60,731 bases of DNA from Smithella sp. (GCA_049664145.1 JBATES010000123.1:1-60731), one strand, 5' to 3'; counted from the first letter of the stretch, positions 47,190 through 56,939 are shown. The notes: generated by a model from the sequence alone, not told the origin. Numbers and translations are program-made.

Positions 47190-48638
47190 CTATCTGAAGG
47201 AATGCCTCAGCCAAATCATGTCCTGTATCGTCAGGCACTTAAGCAGGTAACCTCCGACGGATAAAGTAACCAAAGAGCCCGCAAGAGCCAAAACCGGACC
47301 GGTGTAATACAGGATATGAAATGTTACCATAGTCAGCAAAAGCGCCAGTCCTGGTTTGATCACGGAAGAGCGTAAATCGAGCGTCATGCGTTTATGCACT
47401 ACGGTTATCAAACAAATTGATGTCAGAGTCATTGCAGCTGTCGCTGTCCAAATCGCGCCAACGGCATGATACATCAACACAGCTTTCGAAATGACTAAAA
47501 GGAAAAATAACGCGCCCAGCGCAGCGCAAAGCAGAACACGTCCGTCTTGTTTGCCGGCTATCAAAATACCGGTCATAGCGTGATTGGCCGCCAAGGGGAT
47601 CAACAGCCACAGCACTGGCCCAATCAAGGCTCCGGCCTGAGTGTAGCGATCGCCAAAGATTTGAACCGTCATCCAGGGACCGAAAGCTGTCCCCAGGAGA
47701 ATCAGGACCGTTCCGGAAAGCAGTGAAAAGCGAAGCGCCGTTTCCGCAAACAAACGGTCTTTTCCGTCCTCCCTGGCCACCGACCGGCTCAGAGCCGGCA
47801 GCATAACACTCCCGAGGGCCATTGGAATATAAGAGAGAATGATAAACGCCTGCATGGCCAGCGCCAGTTGTCCCAGAGTATCACTGGCAGAAGCCACGTG
47901 GCGAAAAAATATCAAGGGCCCTTGGTTCGGAAAAGCCATTAAAAGCATCGCTACTCCCAGGGGAACACCCTGAAGGAAAATCCGGCTCAGCTCCGCAAAA
48001 TTCATTCCCAACCTTAAAGGAAATACCCGGCGATGAATCATGAACAATCCGTAGAAGGCTTCAAGACACCAGACCAGTCCATGGATCAGAACCACCGGCA
48101 GCGCCTCTTGCCAGAGGATAAGGACCAAAAGGCCCAGAACCACTTCCAGCGGTCTGAAGATGGACTGCTGCCGGAAGGAATATTGATTGACTTCATAAGC
48201 CGTATAAACCGTTTCAGTCCAAGCAGCCATGGAACGACCGATCAGCGCGAAGGCGAAAAAAAATACCAGCAACCGGGACGCAGGATCGTCCTCTATAAAA
48301 AGAGAGAGAGAAAGATAGACCGCCGTGGCCATGAGGATGGACACAATCCGCAGAGTGAGGGTGAGTGACGCTGTGTGATTGCCCTTACGCCGGTCTTTAC
48401 CAACCTCCCTGCTCAAAACAACAGCCAGCCCCATACTGGTCAAGGGCATGAATAATAGGTACCAGGCGATTCCATAACTGATCATCCCGTAAACCTTGGG
48501 TCCCAAAACCCGAGCCAGGATCACCACATAAATAAACCGCGTGATGAAGTAAACACCGCGGCCTGCCAGCAAGTAGGTTAAATTTCTGGCGAGAGAGGCA
48601 ACACCTCTTCCTTCAATAACCGGCTTTAAGCTGGGCAA
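47190..48638 (-). CDS. wzx: polysaccharide flippase (MOP superfamily, Wzx-like)
   Basis: About 14 TM segments. N-terminal LARNLTYLLAGRGVYFITRFIYVVILARVLGPKVYG typical of oligosaccharide flippases. Confidence 0.75.
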   Translation of the reverse strand: MPSLKPVIEGRGVASLARNLTYLLAGRGVYFITRFIYVVILARVLGPKVYGMISYGIAWYLLFMPLTSMGLAVVLSREVGKDRRKGNHTASLTLTLRIVSILMATAVYLSLSLFIEDDPASRLLVFFFAFALIGRSMAAWTETVYTAYEVNQYSFRQQSIFRPLEVVLGLLVLILWQEALPVVLIHGLVWCLEAFYGLFMIHRRVFPLRLGMNFAELSRIFLQGVPLGVAMLLMAFPNQGPLIFFRHVASASDTLGQLALAMQAFIILSYIPMALGSVMLPALSRSVAREDGKDRLFAETALRFSLLSGTVLILLGTAFGPWMTVQIFGDRYTQAGALIGPVLWLLIPLAANHAMTGILIAGKQDGRVLLCAALGALFFLLVISKAVLMYHAVGAIWTATAAMTLTSICLITVVHKRMTLDLRSSVIKPGLALLLTMVTFHILYYTGPVLALAGSLVTLSVGGYLLKCLTIQDMIWLRHSFR

Positions 48639-48744
48639 TTCAAAATCGTCCTGTTTCCTGCAATATTTTCATTATGACCATTTACACCTATTCTGCAATG
48701 TGGCCTGGATGGGCACATAATAATGCCGGGGAAGGCTAAAGGCA

Positions 48745-49680
48745 TTAATTCGTCGCGGGATCATTCAGCCAATGAGTCAAATCCCGATCGATTAAGACTT
48801 GGAGCCTGGAGACGTCATCCCGATATAGGCTTTCCAGGATGCGCCTGGTCTCCGGCTTCATGATTTTTGTTTTGGCTAACAACCTGGATTTCAGTTTCTC
48901 CCGTAAACGGGTCCATCCATCCTCGGTGAAGATATTTTTACCCAGAAAGCTAACGACACTCTGCAATGGTGGCTTCCTGCTAAACAAGCTCTTAAGCAGC
49001 TTTGATTTGGGAACACCGGAGATATTATAGTCGGTCGTCATATCCGGAATGAAAGTGGCATCAACTTCCAGGAAGCGATACAGCTCTTGTATCAGAGAGA
49101 CCGGCTGGCGTTTCAAATCATCAAACAGACATACTTTTACCCTGCTGAAATGATCGAAGTAAGCCTTAACCTGGTGCGTATAGAATCCCAAATCCTGGTA
49201 ATACCAGGTTGGCCTCCACCCCTCCTTGATTCTTTTCGCTTCTTGTTGAAGAGCTTCCTCGAACGGCAGATTTTCCCGTCCTTCCAGGGTGAGCTCCGCG
49301 TGGGCTGCAAATGCTCTTTCAACAGGATTTCTGAGGATAATAATAATTTTGGGGTCACCCAAATACTGCCTGATCAGAGGAATGGTCTTCCGGTAATAAT
49401 AAAGATTCGTGTGACTGGCTTCGCCAATGACTTTCTTGCCGTCCGTGTATTCAAAAAGCCGGCGGTACTCGTCAAAATTTTGCACGATATTCAGGCAGTC
49501 ATCGCCGATGCCACCTGTCGGAATTTTGGAAAATTGTGCAAAAAAGAAATCCGGTTCTTTGGGGATACTCATGAAAACGTCGGGATGCTGTTTTAAGGCG
49601 TGATACAGGGACGTCATCCCGCATTTGGCTGCACCAACCAACAAGAAGTTGGGCAAGATGGGTTTTAAAATTTTAGTCAT
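48745..49680 (-). CDS. sulfotransferase-domain protein (paralogue 1)
   Basis: 5'-PSB loop FLLVGAAKCGMTSLY, 3'-PB IIILRNPVERAFA. Collinear similarity to 55175-56119. Confidence 0.85.
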   Translation of the reverse strand: MTKILKPILPNFLLVGAAKCGMTSLYHALKQHPDVFMSIPKEPDFFFAQFSKIPTGGIGDDCLNIVQNFDEYRRLFEYTDGKKVIGEASHTNLYYYRKTIPLIRQYLGDPKIIIILRNPVERAFAAHAELTLEGRENLPFEEALQQEAKRIKEGWRPTWYYQDLGFYTHQVKAYFDHFSRVKVCLFDDLKRQPVSLIQELYRFLEVDATFIPDMTTDYNISGVPKSKLLKSLFSRKPPLQSVVSFLGKNIFTEDGWTRLREKLKSRLLAKTKIMKPETRRILESLYRDDVSRLQVLIDRDLTHWLNDPATN

Positions 49681-49715
49681 ACATCAGCGCGCCCATTGAA
49701 CAACTTGATAACTTT

Positions 49716-50678
49716 TCAGTAATAGATTCTCCCGGATAATGTTTCTATTTTGCCAACTGATTCCTTCGTGATGCATGATCTGGTTTTCATTGCTTTCGGC
49801 AGCTCAATAATTGTATCCTTTATCCCCTGCAGGAAATAGATGATATGTCGGTTTCTGACCCCTGCAATAAAAAAATAGCCCCACCACAGTAACGTATGTG
49901 ACAAAACATTGATCCAAGGCAAATTTCTTATCGCCACCCAGCATCGACTTCTTACACCGTAATATATCCACTTCCCCGGCACCCTTGCTTGCTGCGTTTC
50001 ATAATGAATAACGGTTATCGCGGAGGAACGCATAATTTTATATCCTTCGTTCACCAGTCGATAGCTGAAGTCCAGTTCTTCGCCAATAAAAAACAGGGGC
50101 TCCCAAAACATTTCCATCTCCAGAAAGATGCTGCGTCTGACGGCAAAACCGGCGCCGCAGAAATAGGAGCATTCATAGTCCGCATCGATTCTTTTTTTGT
50201 CCGCCCGGGGAATGCTCTTATATTCTTCGCAACCGTCGCCTGGCTGCACAATCCGAAAGGCAAGGCACCCCAAGCCATTGTCTGAACGAAAACACGAAAC
50301 GACTTGGTCAAGAGCATTGTTCTCGGCAAACACAGCGTCATCATCTATGAAAACGCAGCATTCACCCCGTGCCATGCGGATACCGTGATTTCTTCCTCCC
50401 GGGACTCCCGAATTCGTGTTGAGAAAAAAATATCTGACGTGAGGAAACACTTGCCGAATCATATCGCCCGTGCCATCAGATGACGCGTTGTCCACAACGA
50501 TAACCTCGTAATCTTTGTATAGCTGAAGTGAAAAGGATTCCAGACAGCGCTTCAGGATTTCTTTGCGGTTCATCGTTACAACGATCAGACTCACCCGGGG
50601 CGGCCGTTCCGAGACGCTACTGTTTTTCATAGGATTGACTGCTTTCAGGCCGTACAACTTCCAACAGGAGATCAGCAT
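49716..50678 (-). CDS. glycosyltransferase family 2 (start possibly ATG 50630)
   Basis: VSLIVVTMNRKEIL, VIVVDNASSDGT, VFIDDDAVF. Confidence 0.85.
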   Translation of the reverse strand: MLISCWKLYGLKAVNPMKNSSVSERPPRVSLIVVTMNRKEILKRCLESFSLQLYKDYEVIVVDNASSDGTGDMIRQVFPHVRYFFLNTNSGVPGGRNHGIRMARGECCVFIDDDAVFAENNALDQVVSCFRSDNGLGCLAFRIVQPGDGCEEYKSIPRADKKRIDADYECSYFCGAGFAVRRSIFLEMEMFWEPLFFIGEELDFSYRLVNEGYKIMRSSAITVIHYETQQARVPGKWIYYGVRSRCWVAIRNLPWINVLSHTLLWWGYFFIAGVRNRHIIYFLQGIKDTIIELPKAMKTRSCITKESVGKIETLSGRIYY

Positions 50679-51801
50679 ACCGCTCCCAGCTAAACCGCTG
50701 TCGGAAACGCCTCACTTTTTCACCGCTGACGGGTGTTTTAAAGAACCATTCTATTTTTTTCGCAAGATCATCGGGATTACCCGTTTCGAACAGATAGCCG
50801 CTTTCGCCAACGCCAACACATTCCCGGAAAGCAGGCAGGTCACTGGCAATAATCGGCTTATTAAAGGCATAGGCAATATTAAGAGGCCCGGACTGCGTCA
50901 CCGACAGATAGGGAGCGACAAACACGTCGGCTACGGCAAAGTAGCCGCCAACTTCCTCATTGGAGACATAGCGGTCAATCCAGACAATCTGCGACCGGAG
51001 AGGGTCATCCTTGGACAGGCTCTGCAGAAATAGATCCTTCGTGCCCATCTCGCCGACATGAGCATAGAAGGATTCGCCAACAATCAGCAGGGAGATATCC
51101 GGATATTCCCGGGCAACGGTTTGAAATGCCGAAAGCAGAATATCCAATCCTTTGTACGGCCGAATGAAGCCAAAAAAAAGTAGAACCTTTTTTCGCAAAC
51201 CAAGCCTGCGGCGGATGCCCTCATACGATTCAGACGGGGGCTTAAACTGATCATAAACAGGATGAAATGTTCTAATCATTTTTTGATGATTAACTCCAAT
51301 GTGTCGAGCCAGATTGACCTCTGCCTGACCATGCATCACCAGCCGGTGCGCCATATTTAAAACACCGCGTGTCATGGCCTTATCGCCGAGAAAACGCTCA
51401 TGGGGAAGGCTGTTGTGAACAATCAGATAGATTTTTATTCTTGTCAGAAGCTTCAAGGCCGCAAACAAAACTTTAAACACCGGAAAATGGACCGGATGCA
51501 CCCAGTGAGTAATGAACATATCGTATCGGCCCCGGCGCAGGTGCTTGATCAGTCGCACCCAGGTCAGGGGATTGGTGTAACTCAAAATTTGCAAGCCTTG
51601 CCGGTGAAAAGTCAGACTGCTGTCTTCATCAAGACAAACCCGAGATGGCCCCGGCTGCAGGAATTCCGGATAGGGTTTAGACCAGTAGAACAGATCAACT
51701 GTCAGATCACGTCTGTCTTGAAGCTCTGCAGCCAAACGGCTGTTAAAATGAATAATCCCGCCACGGAAAGGATGCGACGGGCCAAGCAGGGCGATTTTCA
51801 T
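50617..51801 (-). CDS. GT-B glycosyltransferase (GT4/'group 1'). The ORF opens at 52089 but the true start is ATG 51801.
   Basis: MKIALLGPSHPFRGGI N-terminus. The ATGA overlap with the upstream stop at 51798-51801 was read directly. C-terminal VAPYLSVTQSGPLNIAYAFNKPIIASD...GYLFETGNPDDLA. Confidence 0.85.
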   Translation of the reverse strand: MKIALLGPSHPFRGGIIHFNSRLAAELQDRRDLTVDLFYWSKPYPEFLQPGPSRVCLDEDSSLTFHRQGLQILSYTNPLTWVRLIKHLRRGRYDMFITHWVHPVHFPVFKVLFAALKLLTRIKIYLIVHNSLPHERFLGDKAMTRGVLNMAHRLVMHGQAEVNLARHIGVNHQKMIRTFHPVYDQFKPPSESYEGIRRRLGLRKKVLLFFGFIRPYKGLDILLSAFQTVAREYPDISLLIVGESFYAHVGEMGTKDLFLQSLSKDDPLRSQIVWIDRYVSNEEVGGYFAVADVFVAPYLSVTQSGPLNIAYAFNKPIIASDLPAFRECVGVGESGYLFETGNPDDLAKKIEWFFKTPVSGEKVRRFRQRFSWERYADLLLEVVRPESSQSYEKQ

Positions 51802-52796
51802 GGATGGACCTCTCTGCCGATGCGCGCGAAAAAGACATACCCAAATGTTCTGGCCAGATGCAGGGAAATTAACAAAACCGGAACCACCATCAAGACCGAG
51901 AGGCTTTTCTTCCACCAGGCTCCACAAATTGCGGTCAGGACAACAGCCGCCAGATAGGATCCGGCCATGAAAAGAAGCACCGGTGTGATCCACGGAGAAA
52001 AAATTGAGGCGATCCCCAGCAGCGCGAGGCCTGCAAAGAAGAGGGCCATCGTGAAATGCGGCAGGCGGTGGATGCCCGCTTTCCTGCAAACGGCAGCCAT
52101 GGCCGCATTGCGGGCCAAGAAAGCTTTAAAATTTGTGTCACGGCTGTGTTCGACCCAGACTGATGGCGCATAGACTACTTTGCCATTTTGCGCCTCGATT
52201 CGGTCGATGAGATCGACATCCTCGTGAACCTGCAGGCCAGGATCAAAAATCAACCGGCCTTCCGGTCCGTCCAGCGCCACTTGCCTGGCAAGGGTTGCCC
52301 GAACGCACATATTCCAGAGCTTGGGATAATACCCCCCCGCCTTGAACGACCGGTCGGATCGAGTTCCCCCTGTGGCGAACCACGAATTCAAAACAACGTC
52401 CAGTGCATTATCAAAATCTGATGCGTCCTGAGCCAGAACATCCGAGCCACCGATAACAGCCACTCCTGGATTGTCGACAAAAACGCGCTCAATCTTTAAT
52501 AGCCAGTCCGCAGGCAATACACAATCATCATCAGAAAACACCCAATATTGACTGCGTGCCGCTTCGCAGGCCTCGTTAAGCGCGTTTGAACGATGGCCTT
52601 GCGATTCTATCAGAGACCAGTCCGGTTTGGCATACCGGTCAAAAATATCCCGAGCAATCTTTGACTCCCCCGAGACAATCACTTCATAGCCATCCGCGGG
52701 CGCAGTCACGTTTTGCAGGGAAGACAAAGCGCTTTCCAGAAACCGGCCGCCGTGACAAACAGGCAGGATAACGCTGAACATCGGCTGTTTATCCAT
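51798..52796 (-). CDS. glycosyltransferase family 2-like with C-terminal TM helices
   Basis: FSVILPVCHGGRFLESAL, WVFSDDDCVLPADW (DxD), three C-terminal TM segments. Confidence 0.75.
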   Translation of the reverse strand: MDKQPMFSVILPVCHGGRFLESALSSLQNVTAPADGYEVIVSGESKIARDIFDRYAKPDWSLIESQGHRSNALNEACEAARSQYWVFSDDDCVLPADWLLKIERVFVDNPGVAVIGGSDVLAQDASDFDNALDVVLNSWFATGGTRSDRSFKAGGYYPKLWNMCVRATLARQVALDGPEGRLIFDPGLQVHEDVDLIDRIEAQNGKVVYAPSVWVEHSRDTNFKAFLARNAAMAAVCRKAGIHRLPHFTMALFFAGLALLGIASIFSPWITPVLLFMAGSYLAAVVLTAICGAWWKKSLSVLMVVPVLLISLHLARTFGYVFFARIGREVHP

Positions 52797-52874
52797 CCAA
52801 CCTCGACACGGACCGGAAGGCTCTCCTTCGCACTTTATCCGTTTGCCGCATGAGCGGGAAAGAAGATAATATTT

Positions 52875-53927
52875 TCACAACGCTTTCCCGACAAAAATAA
52901 GATTTTTAAGGCTTTCAAGATGTCCCCTGCTTTCTCGCTGGATATTATCGAGCATTGGAATCTCAAAGTCGTCGGCAAAATGACGAAGGCGGCGAGCACT
53001 CATCAGTAAGGTGCATAATCGGGGAACATCCTGATGTTCATAGTAAAGAGAGGATAATTGAAGATTATTCAGCATCATTTTTGTTTTGGGATGTCCGAAA
53101 AGCGAAATAAACGGAATTCCATAACTCATGCAGACAACGCCTGTATGCATTTGCGTTGAACAGAGGAGATCCAGAGAGCTCAAAACGTCCAAATCGGCTG
53201 CAAGCTCATTGAAGGAATAATACTCAATATTCTGTCCGCGACCAAACCATTTCTTCAATCGGGCCACATTTTCCTTTTTTCCGGTGATATCGATTAGCAC
53301 AAAGTCGATATGCTTCTGCGAACGGGTAATAGCCGCTAACAGAATCGGGAGGTATGCTGCTCGCCGCCTGATCAAAGGCGTTGCGTGCAAATGAATTCCT
53401 ACGCGAAATCTCTTGTTTAGCGGGCGCTTCCTTGGAAAACAAGATGATGTTTGCCAGACAATGTCCGGGAAATATTCCAGCTTGGGAGGTTTGGGCAATT
53501 GTCCAAGCCAATCCAGATCCTGCCTGTTTCTGACGCTTATATACTTTACATTCTGCAAAAACATTTTCTGACAATTCCACAGGGGTTCGGGATACGCACC
53601 GTTTCCACCCAGTGAAAAACCATACAGAGGAATACCTCTGCGCCGGGCAAGTTCAATCAGTCGATCGCGGACAGATGAATATCGCAGTGCGAATTGCATA
53701 TGGCCGCACAAGAAGCCGCCTCCCCCGTAAACAATCGCATCCTTTTCCTCCAATAATTCTTCCAGGGAATGCGCGACGGAAAAATCATATGGTTGGGCGT
53801 ACTCGGAACGCAGTTTATAAACGGAAAAGGGAACTTTGCCGGTCTTAAGAAAACGGCTGAAAATAACGCCCATCAAATCATCGCCAAAGTTATGATCGTC
53901 ATAGTTACCGAATAACGCTATCTTCAT
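52875..53927 (-). CDS. polysaccharide pyruvyl transferase family protein (ATG 53927 preferred; ORF opens at 53954)
   Basis: MKIALFGNYDDHNFGDDLMG N-terminus and YGGGGFL motif, typical of CsaB/WcaK-type pyruvyl transferases. Confidence 0.6.
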   Translation of the reverse strand: MKIALFGNYDDHNFGDDLMGVIFSRFLKTGKVPFSVYKLRSEYAQPYDFSVAHSLEELLEEKDAIVYGGGGFLCGHMQFALRYSSVRDRLIELARRRGIPLYGFSLGGNGAYPEPLWNCQKMFLQNVKYISVRNRQDLDWLGQLPKPPKLEYFPDIVWQTSSCFPRKRPLNKRFRVGIHLHATPLIRRRAAYLPILLAAITRSQKHIDFVLIDITGKKENVARLKKWFGRGQNIEYYSFNELAADLDVLSSLDLLCSTQMHTGVVCMSYGIPFISLFGHPKTKMMLNNLQLSSLYYEHQDVPRLCTLLMSARRLRHFADDFEIPMLDNIQRESRGHLESLKNLIFVGKAL

Positions 53928-54033
53928 CAAAGTCCCCTCCCGGCCGGATGACATTACTGAGCGACCTCAGTGCCTTTTCCAGAAAAGATCCTCCGTGACA
54001 CACGGGCAGGATTATACTAAACTTCGGTGTCAT
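53905..54033 (-). pseudogene. 42-codon relic of a GT2 gene N-terminus
   Basis: Hand translation: MTPKFSIILPVCHGGSFLEKALRSLSNVIRPGGDFDEDSVIR*. It parallels MDKQPMFSVILPVCHGGRFLESALSSLQNVTAPADGYE of 51798-52796. It has an ATGA overlap with the radical SAM stop and overlaps the pyruvyl transferase start. Confidence 0.6.
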
Positions 54034-55178
54034 ACAACCTCTTTGTTATGGCCTGGAATCATCCATCTGTCAGCGATCGCAAAACATTGAACAGTGCAAT
54101 CCTCAGCAATCCGGTTTTTGTACGTGCAATTGCGGCATAAATAGAAGTCATTGTGCCCGGAGTTGAAGGCCTTTCGAAAGTCCGCAGCCACACGGCTCTT
54201 CCAGACGCTTAGAACATTCCTGTCTTTGATGTTGCCGAATGAGTGTTTGTTCTTATACTCGAATTCGCAGGGAATTATCTCGCCTGTCGCATCCATGGTG
54301 ATGCGCTTCCACGGCCGCATGCAAACAAAAGGCTTTTCTTTTCGTGTGAACGTGCCCGCATTATACTCATACCTGCGATAATCGGATTTTTCCGGCGCAT
54401 AGGATTGATCCAGATCACTTCCCAGAACCGGGGGCATATCCACGGTTTTCAATGTAAAATAATCAACGCCAAGTTTTTTCGCCAGGTCCCGTGCTGCCGG
54501 CACCTCAGATTCATTGTGGCGCATGACGACAAAACGCATGTTGATTCTCGGTGTGTCCACGCCTTTCATGGAGCGCACGCGCAGAATCTTCTGTATGTTG
54601 GAAACCACAATATCAAGGCGGCCGCCCTGACGATACTGTTCATAGGTCTTTTGCGTAGCGCCGTCTACCGCAACAACCAGAGAGTCGAGGCCTGAATCCA
54701 CCAGGGCTTCGGCCTGTGCCTCATCGAGCGGCACATTGCCGTTGGTGCTGGTATGCACAATGATGCCCTTCGCTTTGGCATAGGCAATCATTCGAATCAG
54801 ATCCGGATTGAGGAAGGGCTCACCCCAGTTCCAGAAAATGAGGTGCAACAGATAGTCGCCGCAATCATCAATAAACTGTTTGAAAGTCTGAAAGGGCAAT
54901 AAACTGGGCCTTCTGGATTTGGTAATGGATGACGTCAGGCACAATGGGCAGGACAAATTGCAGAAATTAGCCGGCTCGACCTGGGCGATGACCGGATAGC
55001 CCAGCGGTCGTGACGGCAACAGGTATTGATTTAATCCGGCCAGAAAAAAATTGGCCGCTTTGCGCAGGCCGATCTTTCTGGCGGAATAGGGAAGCAGTTC
55101 AAATTCAAAATCGAATTGACCTTTGAAAAACAGAGCCGGTATTTGAAATGCAACATCACGCAGTTGAAATATTTTCAT
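54030..55178 (-). CDS. radical SAM enzyme with C-terminal SPASM-type Cys-rich domain
   Basis: CNLSCPLC (CxxxCxxC) cluster motif, GEPFLNP. C-terminal cysteines CMRPW...CEFEY...CRNCTYKN. Confidence 0.85.
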   Translation of the reverse strand: MKIFQLRDVAFQIPALFFKGQFDFEFELLPYSARKIGLRKAANFFLAGLNQYLLPSRPLGYPVIAQVEPANFCNLSCPLCLTSSITKSRRPSLLPFQTFKQFIDDCGDYLLHLIFWNWGEPFLNPDLIRMIAYAKAKGIIVHTSTNGNVPLDEAQAEALVDSGLDSLVVAVDGATQKTYEQYRQGGRLDIVVSNIQKILRVRSMKGVDTPRINMRFVVMRHNESEVPAARDLAKKLGVDYFTLKTVDMPPVLGSDLDQSYAPEKSDYRRYEYNAGTFTRKEKPFVCMRPWKRITMDATGEIIPCEFEYKNKHSFGNIKDRNVLSVWKSRVAADFRKAFNSGHNDFYLCRNCTYKNRIAEDCTVQCFAIADRWMIPGHNKEVV

Positions 55179-56119
55179 ATTGGGTCCTTCCCCAGCCAGG
55201 CGCTCAGCTCTCTTCCGATGAGATCCTGTAGCTTCAAAATGTCCTCTCTGTAATAGCTCCGCAGACTGCGCTCTATATCATACGGCATCGCCTCTGGTTT
55301 GTCCATGTTGATGAACCGGACGCGGTCGCGCAGGCGGATCCACCTATCTGCTCCCAGGATCGAACCGCCGATGGTTCGGGCAATCTTGTGCAGCCTTTTA
55401 GGCTTAAAGAAAAGATCGTTGAAAAGACTCCAACGTGGAATACCTGAGACATTGTGATTGTGGTTTCTATCCGGAATAAAATTTGGCTCAACGTCGAGAA
55501 AAGCATATACGGAATGAATCAGCGTAATGGGATCGCGCAGGAGATCATCATGGAGAAGAACCTTCACTCGGCTGAATTGCTTTTGAAAGGCATGCACCCT
55601 TGGAGCATACAAGCCACCTTGCAGATAGTGCCACATACACGCATACCCATCCTGTATACGTTCTTCCTCCGCGGCCAAAGCGTCTTTAAAACAAAGCTTT
55701 TCACGGCCATCCCGTACATGATAATTATAGGCGGAATAGGCGCGTTTTACCGGATCCCTCAGAATAATAATGATCCTGGGATCGCCAAGATATCGTTGAA
55801 TGGCCGGTATCGTCTTTTCAAAAAGAAACAGAGTGTCCACGCTGGCCTCACCTATCGCCTTCTTGCCAACACTTTTTTTAAACAAGCCAAGGTAATCGTC
55901 AAACAAGCCTATGCTGCTTTGTGCAACTATATTGTCGCCGGGGCCTCTGCCCGGATTGGCCGCGCGACCGCTCAAATATCGCGGTTCCTTGACCGGGCTC
56001 ATAAAGACATCCGGATGCTGCCGGAGATAATGATAAAGCGATGTCGTGCCGCATTTGGCCGCACCTGCAATCAGAAAGTTCGGCAGAATCGGTTGGACTA
56101 TTTTTGACATTCCCATCAC
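55175..56119 (-). CDS. sulfotransferase-domain protein (paralogue 2)
   Basis: 5'-PSB loop FLIAGAAKCGTTSLY, 3'-PB IIILRDPVKRAYS. 4-nt overlap with the radical SAM gene. Confidence 0.85.
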   Translation of the reverse strand: MMGMSKIVQPILPNFLIAGAAKCGTTSLYHYLRQHPDVFMSPVKEPRYLSGRAANPGRGPGDNIVAQSSIGLFDDYLGLFKKSVGKKAIGEASVDTLFLFEKTIPAIQRYLGDPRIIIILRDPVKRAYSAYNYHVRDGREKLCFKDALAAEEERIQDGYACMWHYLQGGLYAPRVHAFQKQFSRVKVLLHDDLLRDPITLIHSVYAFLDVEPNFIPDRNHNHNVSGIPRWSLFNDLFFKPKRLHKIARTIGGSILGADRWIRLRDRVRFINMDKPEAMPYDIERSLRSYYREDILKLQDLIGRELSAWLGKDPI

Positions 56120-56219
56120 TTTAATCTAAAATGTAAGTTATTCAAAGCTCTCATGAAGTTGACTAGAAAATCGCGGATAATATTTTCATGATCTTCAACA
56201 GTTTAGGCAAGTTGGGTGA

Positions 56220-56930
56220 TCAGCTCTGCGTCGAAACCAAAGCGCCGCGATCCAAACGGATGGTTCGGTTGCAGATTGTCGCAACAAGTTCCGGTGAATG
56301 CGTGGCGATAATCAGAATGCTGGATTTCTGAACAATCTCATGAAGCCGCTGCTGCGCTTTTTCCTTAAAATCAGCATCCCCGACGGTCAGCCATTCGTCC
56401 ATCAAGAGAATTTCGGGCTGGACAAGGGTGGCGATGGAAAAGGCCAACCGCATCTGCATGCCGGTAGAATAAGTCCGCAGCGGCATGCGGATGAAATCAC
56501 CAAGACCGGCGAAATCTACAATGTCACTTATTTTTGAGGATAACCATTGCCGGTGGAAACCGAGCAGCGCTCCACGAAGGTAAATGTTTTCAACCCCGGT
56601 TGCCTCACCATCCATCCCGAGACTCAGATCAATCATACTGGTAATTTTTCCCTGGACTTCGATAGCACCTTCTATCGGCTCATAAACTCCGGAAATGACG
56701 CGCAGCAATGTGCTTTTCCCCGCGCCATTATGACCAACTAAACCCACCCGGTCCCCTTCTTTGAATTCAAGACAAATGCTTTGCAAAGCCCTCACGACCA
56801 CACGCCCCTGTTCGTTGGAACCCATACGGCCGCCGGTTGCTGCCTGCATCAGCTGATTTTTCAGCGAACGCCCGGTGGTATTATAAATCGGAAAATCAAC
56901 GCATACATTATTCATACGAATGTGTGTCAT
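56220..56930 (-). CDS. polysaccharide ABC exporter ATPase, short form (no C-terminal binding domain; Wzt/KpsT/TagH-like)
   Basis: Walker A GHNGAGKSTLL, signature YSTGMQMRLAFS, Walker B ILLMDEWL, 236 aa. Confidence 0.85.
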   Translation of the reverse strand: MTHIRMNNVCVDFPIYNTTGRSLKNQLMQAATGGRMGSNEQGRVVVRALQSICLEFKEGDRVGLVGHNGAGKSTLLRVISGVYEPIEGAIEVQGKITSMIDLSLGMDGEATGVENIYLRGALLGFHRQWLSSKISDIVDFAGLGDFIRMPLRTYSTGMQMRLAFSIATLVQPEILLMDEWLTVGDADFKEKAQQRLHEIVQKSSILIIATHSPELVATICNRTIRLDRGALVSTQS

Positions 56931-56939
56931 AAACCAGTC

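Noticed and set aside
50617-52089. 490-aa version of the GT4 ORF with a 96-aa N-terminal extension.
   Set aside because: The extension overlaps the upstream GT2 gene out of frame and is Pro/Gly/Arg-rich. ATG 51801 gives the canonical MKIALLG GT-B N-terminus with an ATGA overlap.
53905-54033. The 42-aa ORF coupled to the radical SAM/SPASM gene as a possible RiPP precursor peptide.
   Set aside because: Its sequence is collinear with the N-terminus of the GT2 enzyme at 51798-52796, so a gene relic is the simpler explanation.
54030-55178. Radical SAM/SPASM enzyme as an anaerobic sulfatase-maturating enzyme.
   Set aside because: No sulfatase gene occurs in the window, and the gene is embedded in and overlapping with biosynthetic genes. 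This cannot be fully excluded without phylogeny.
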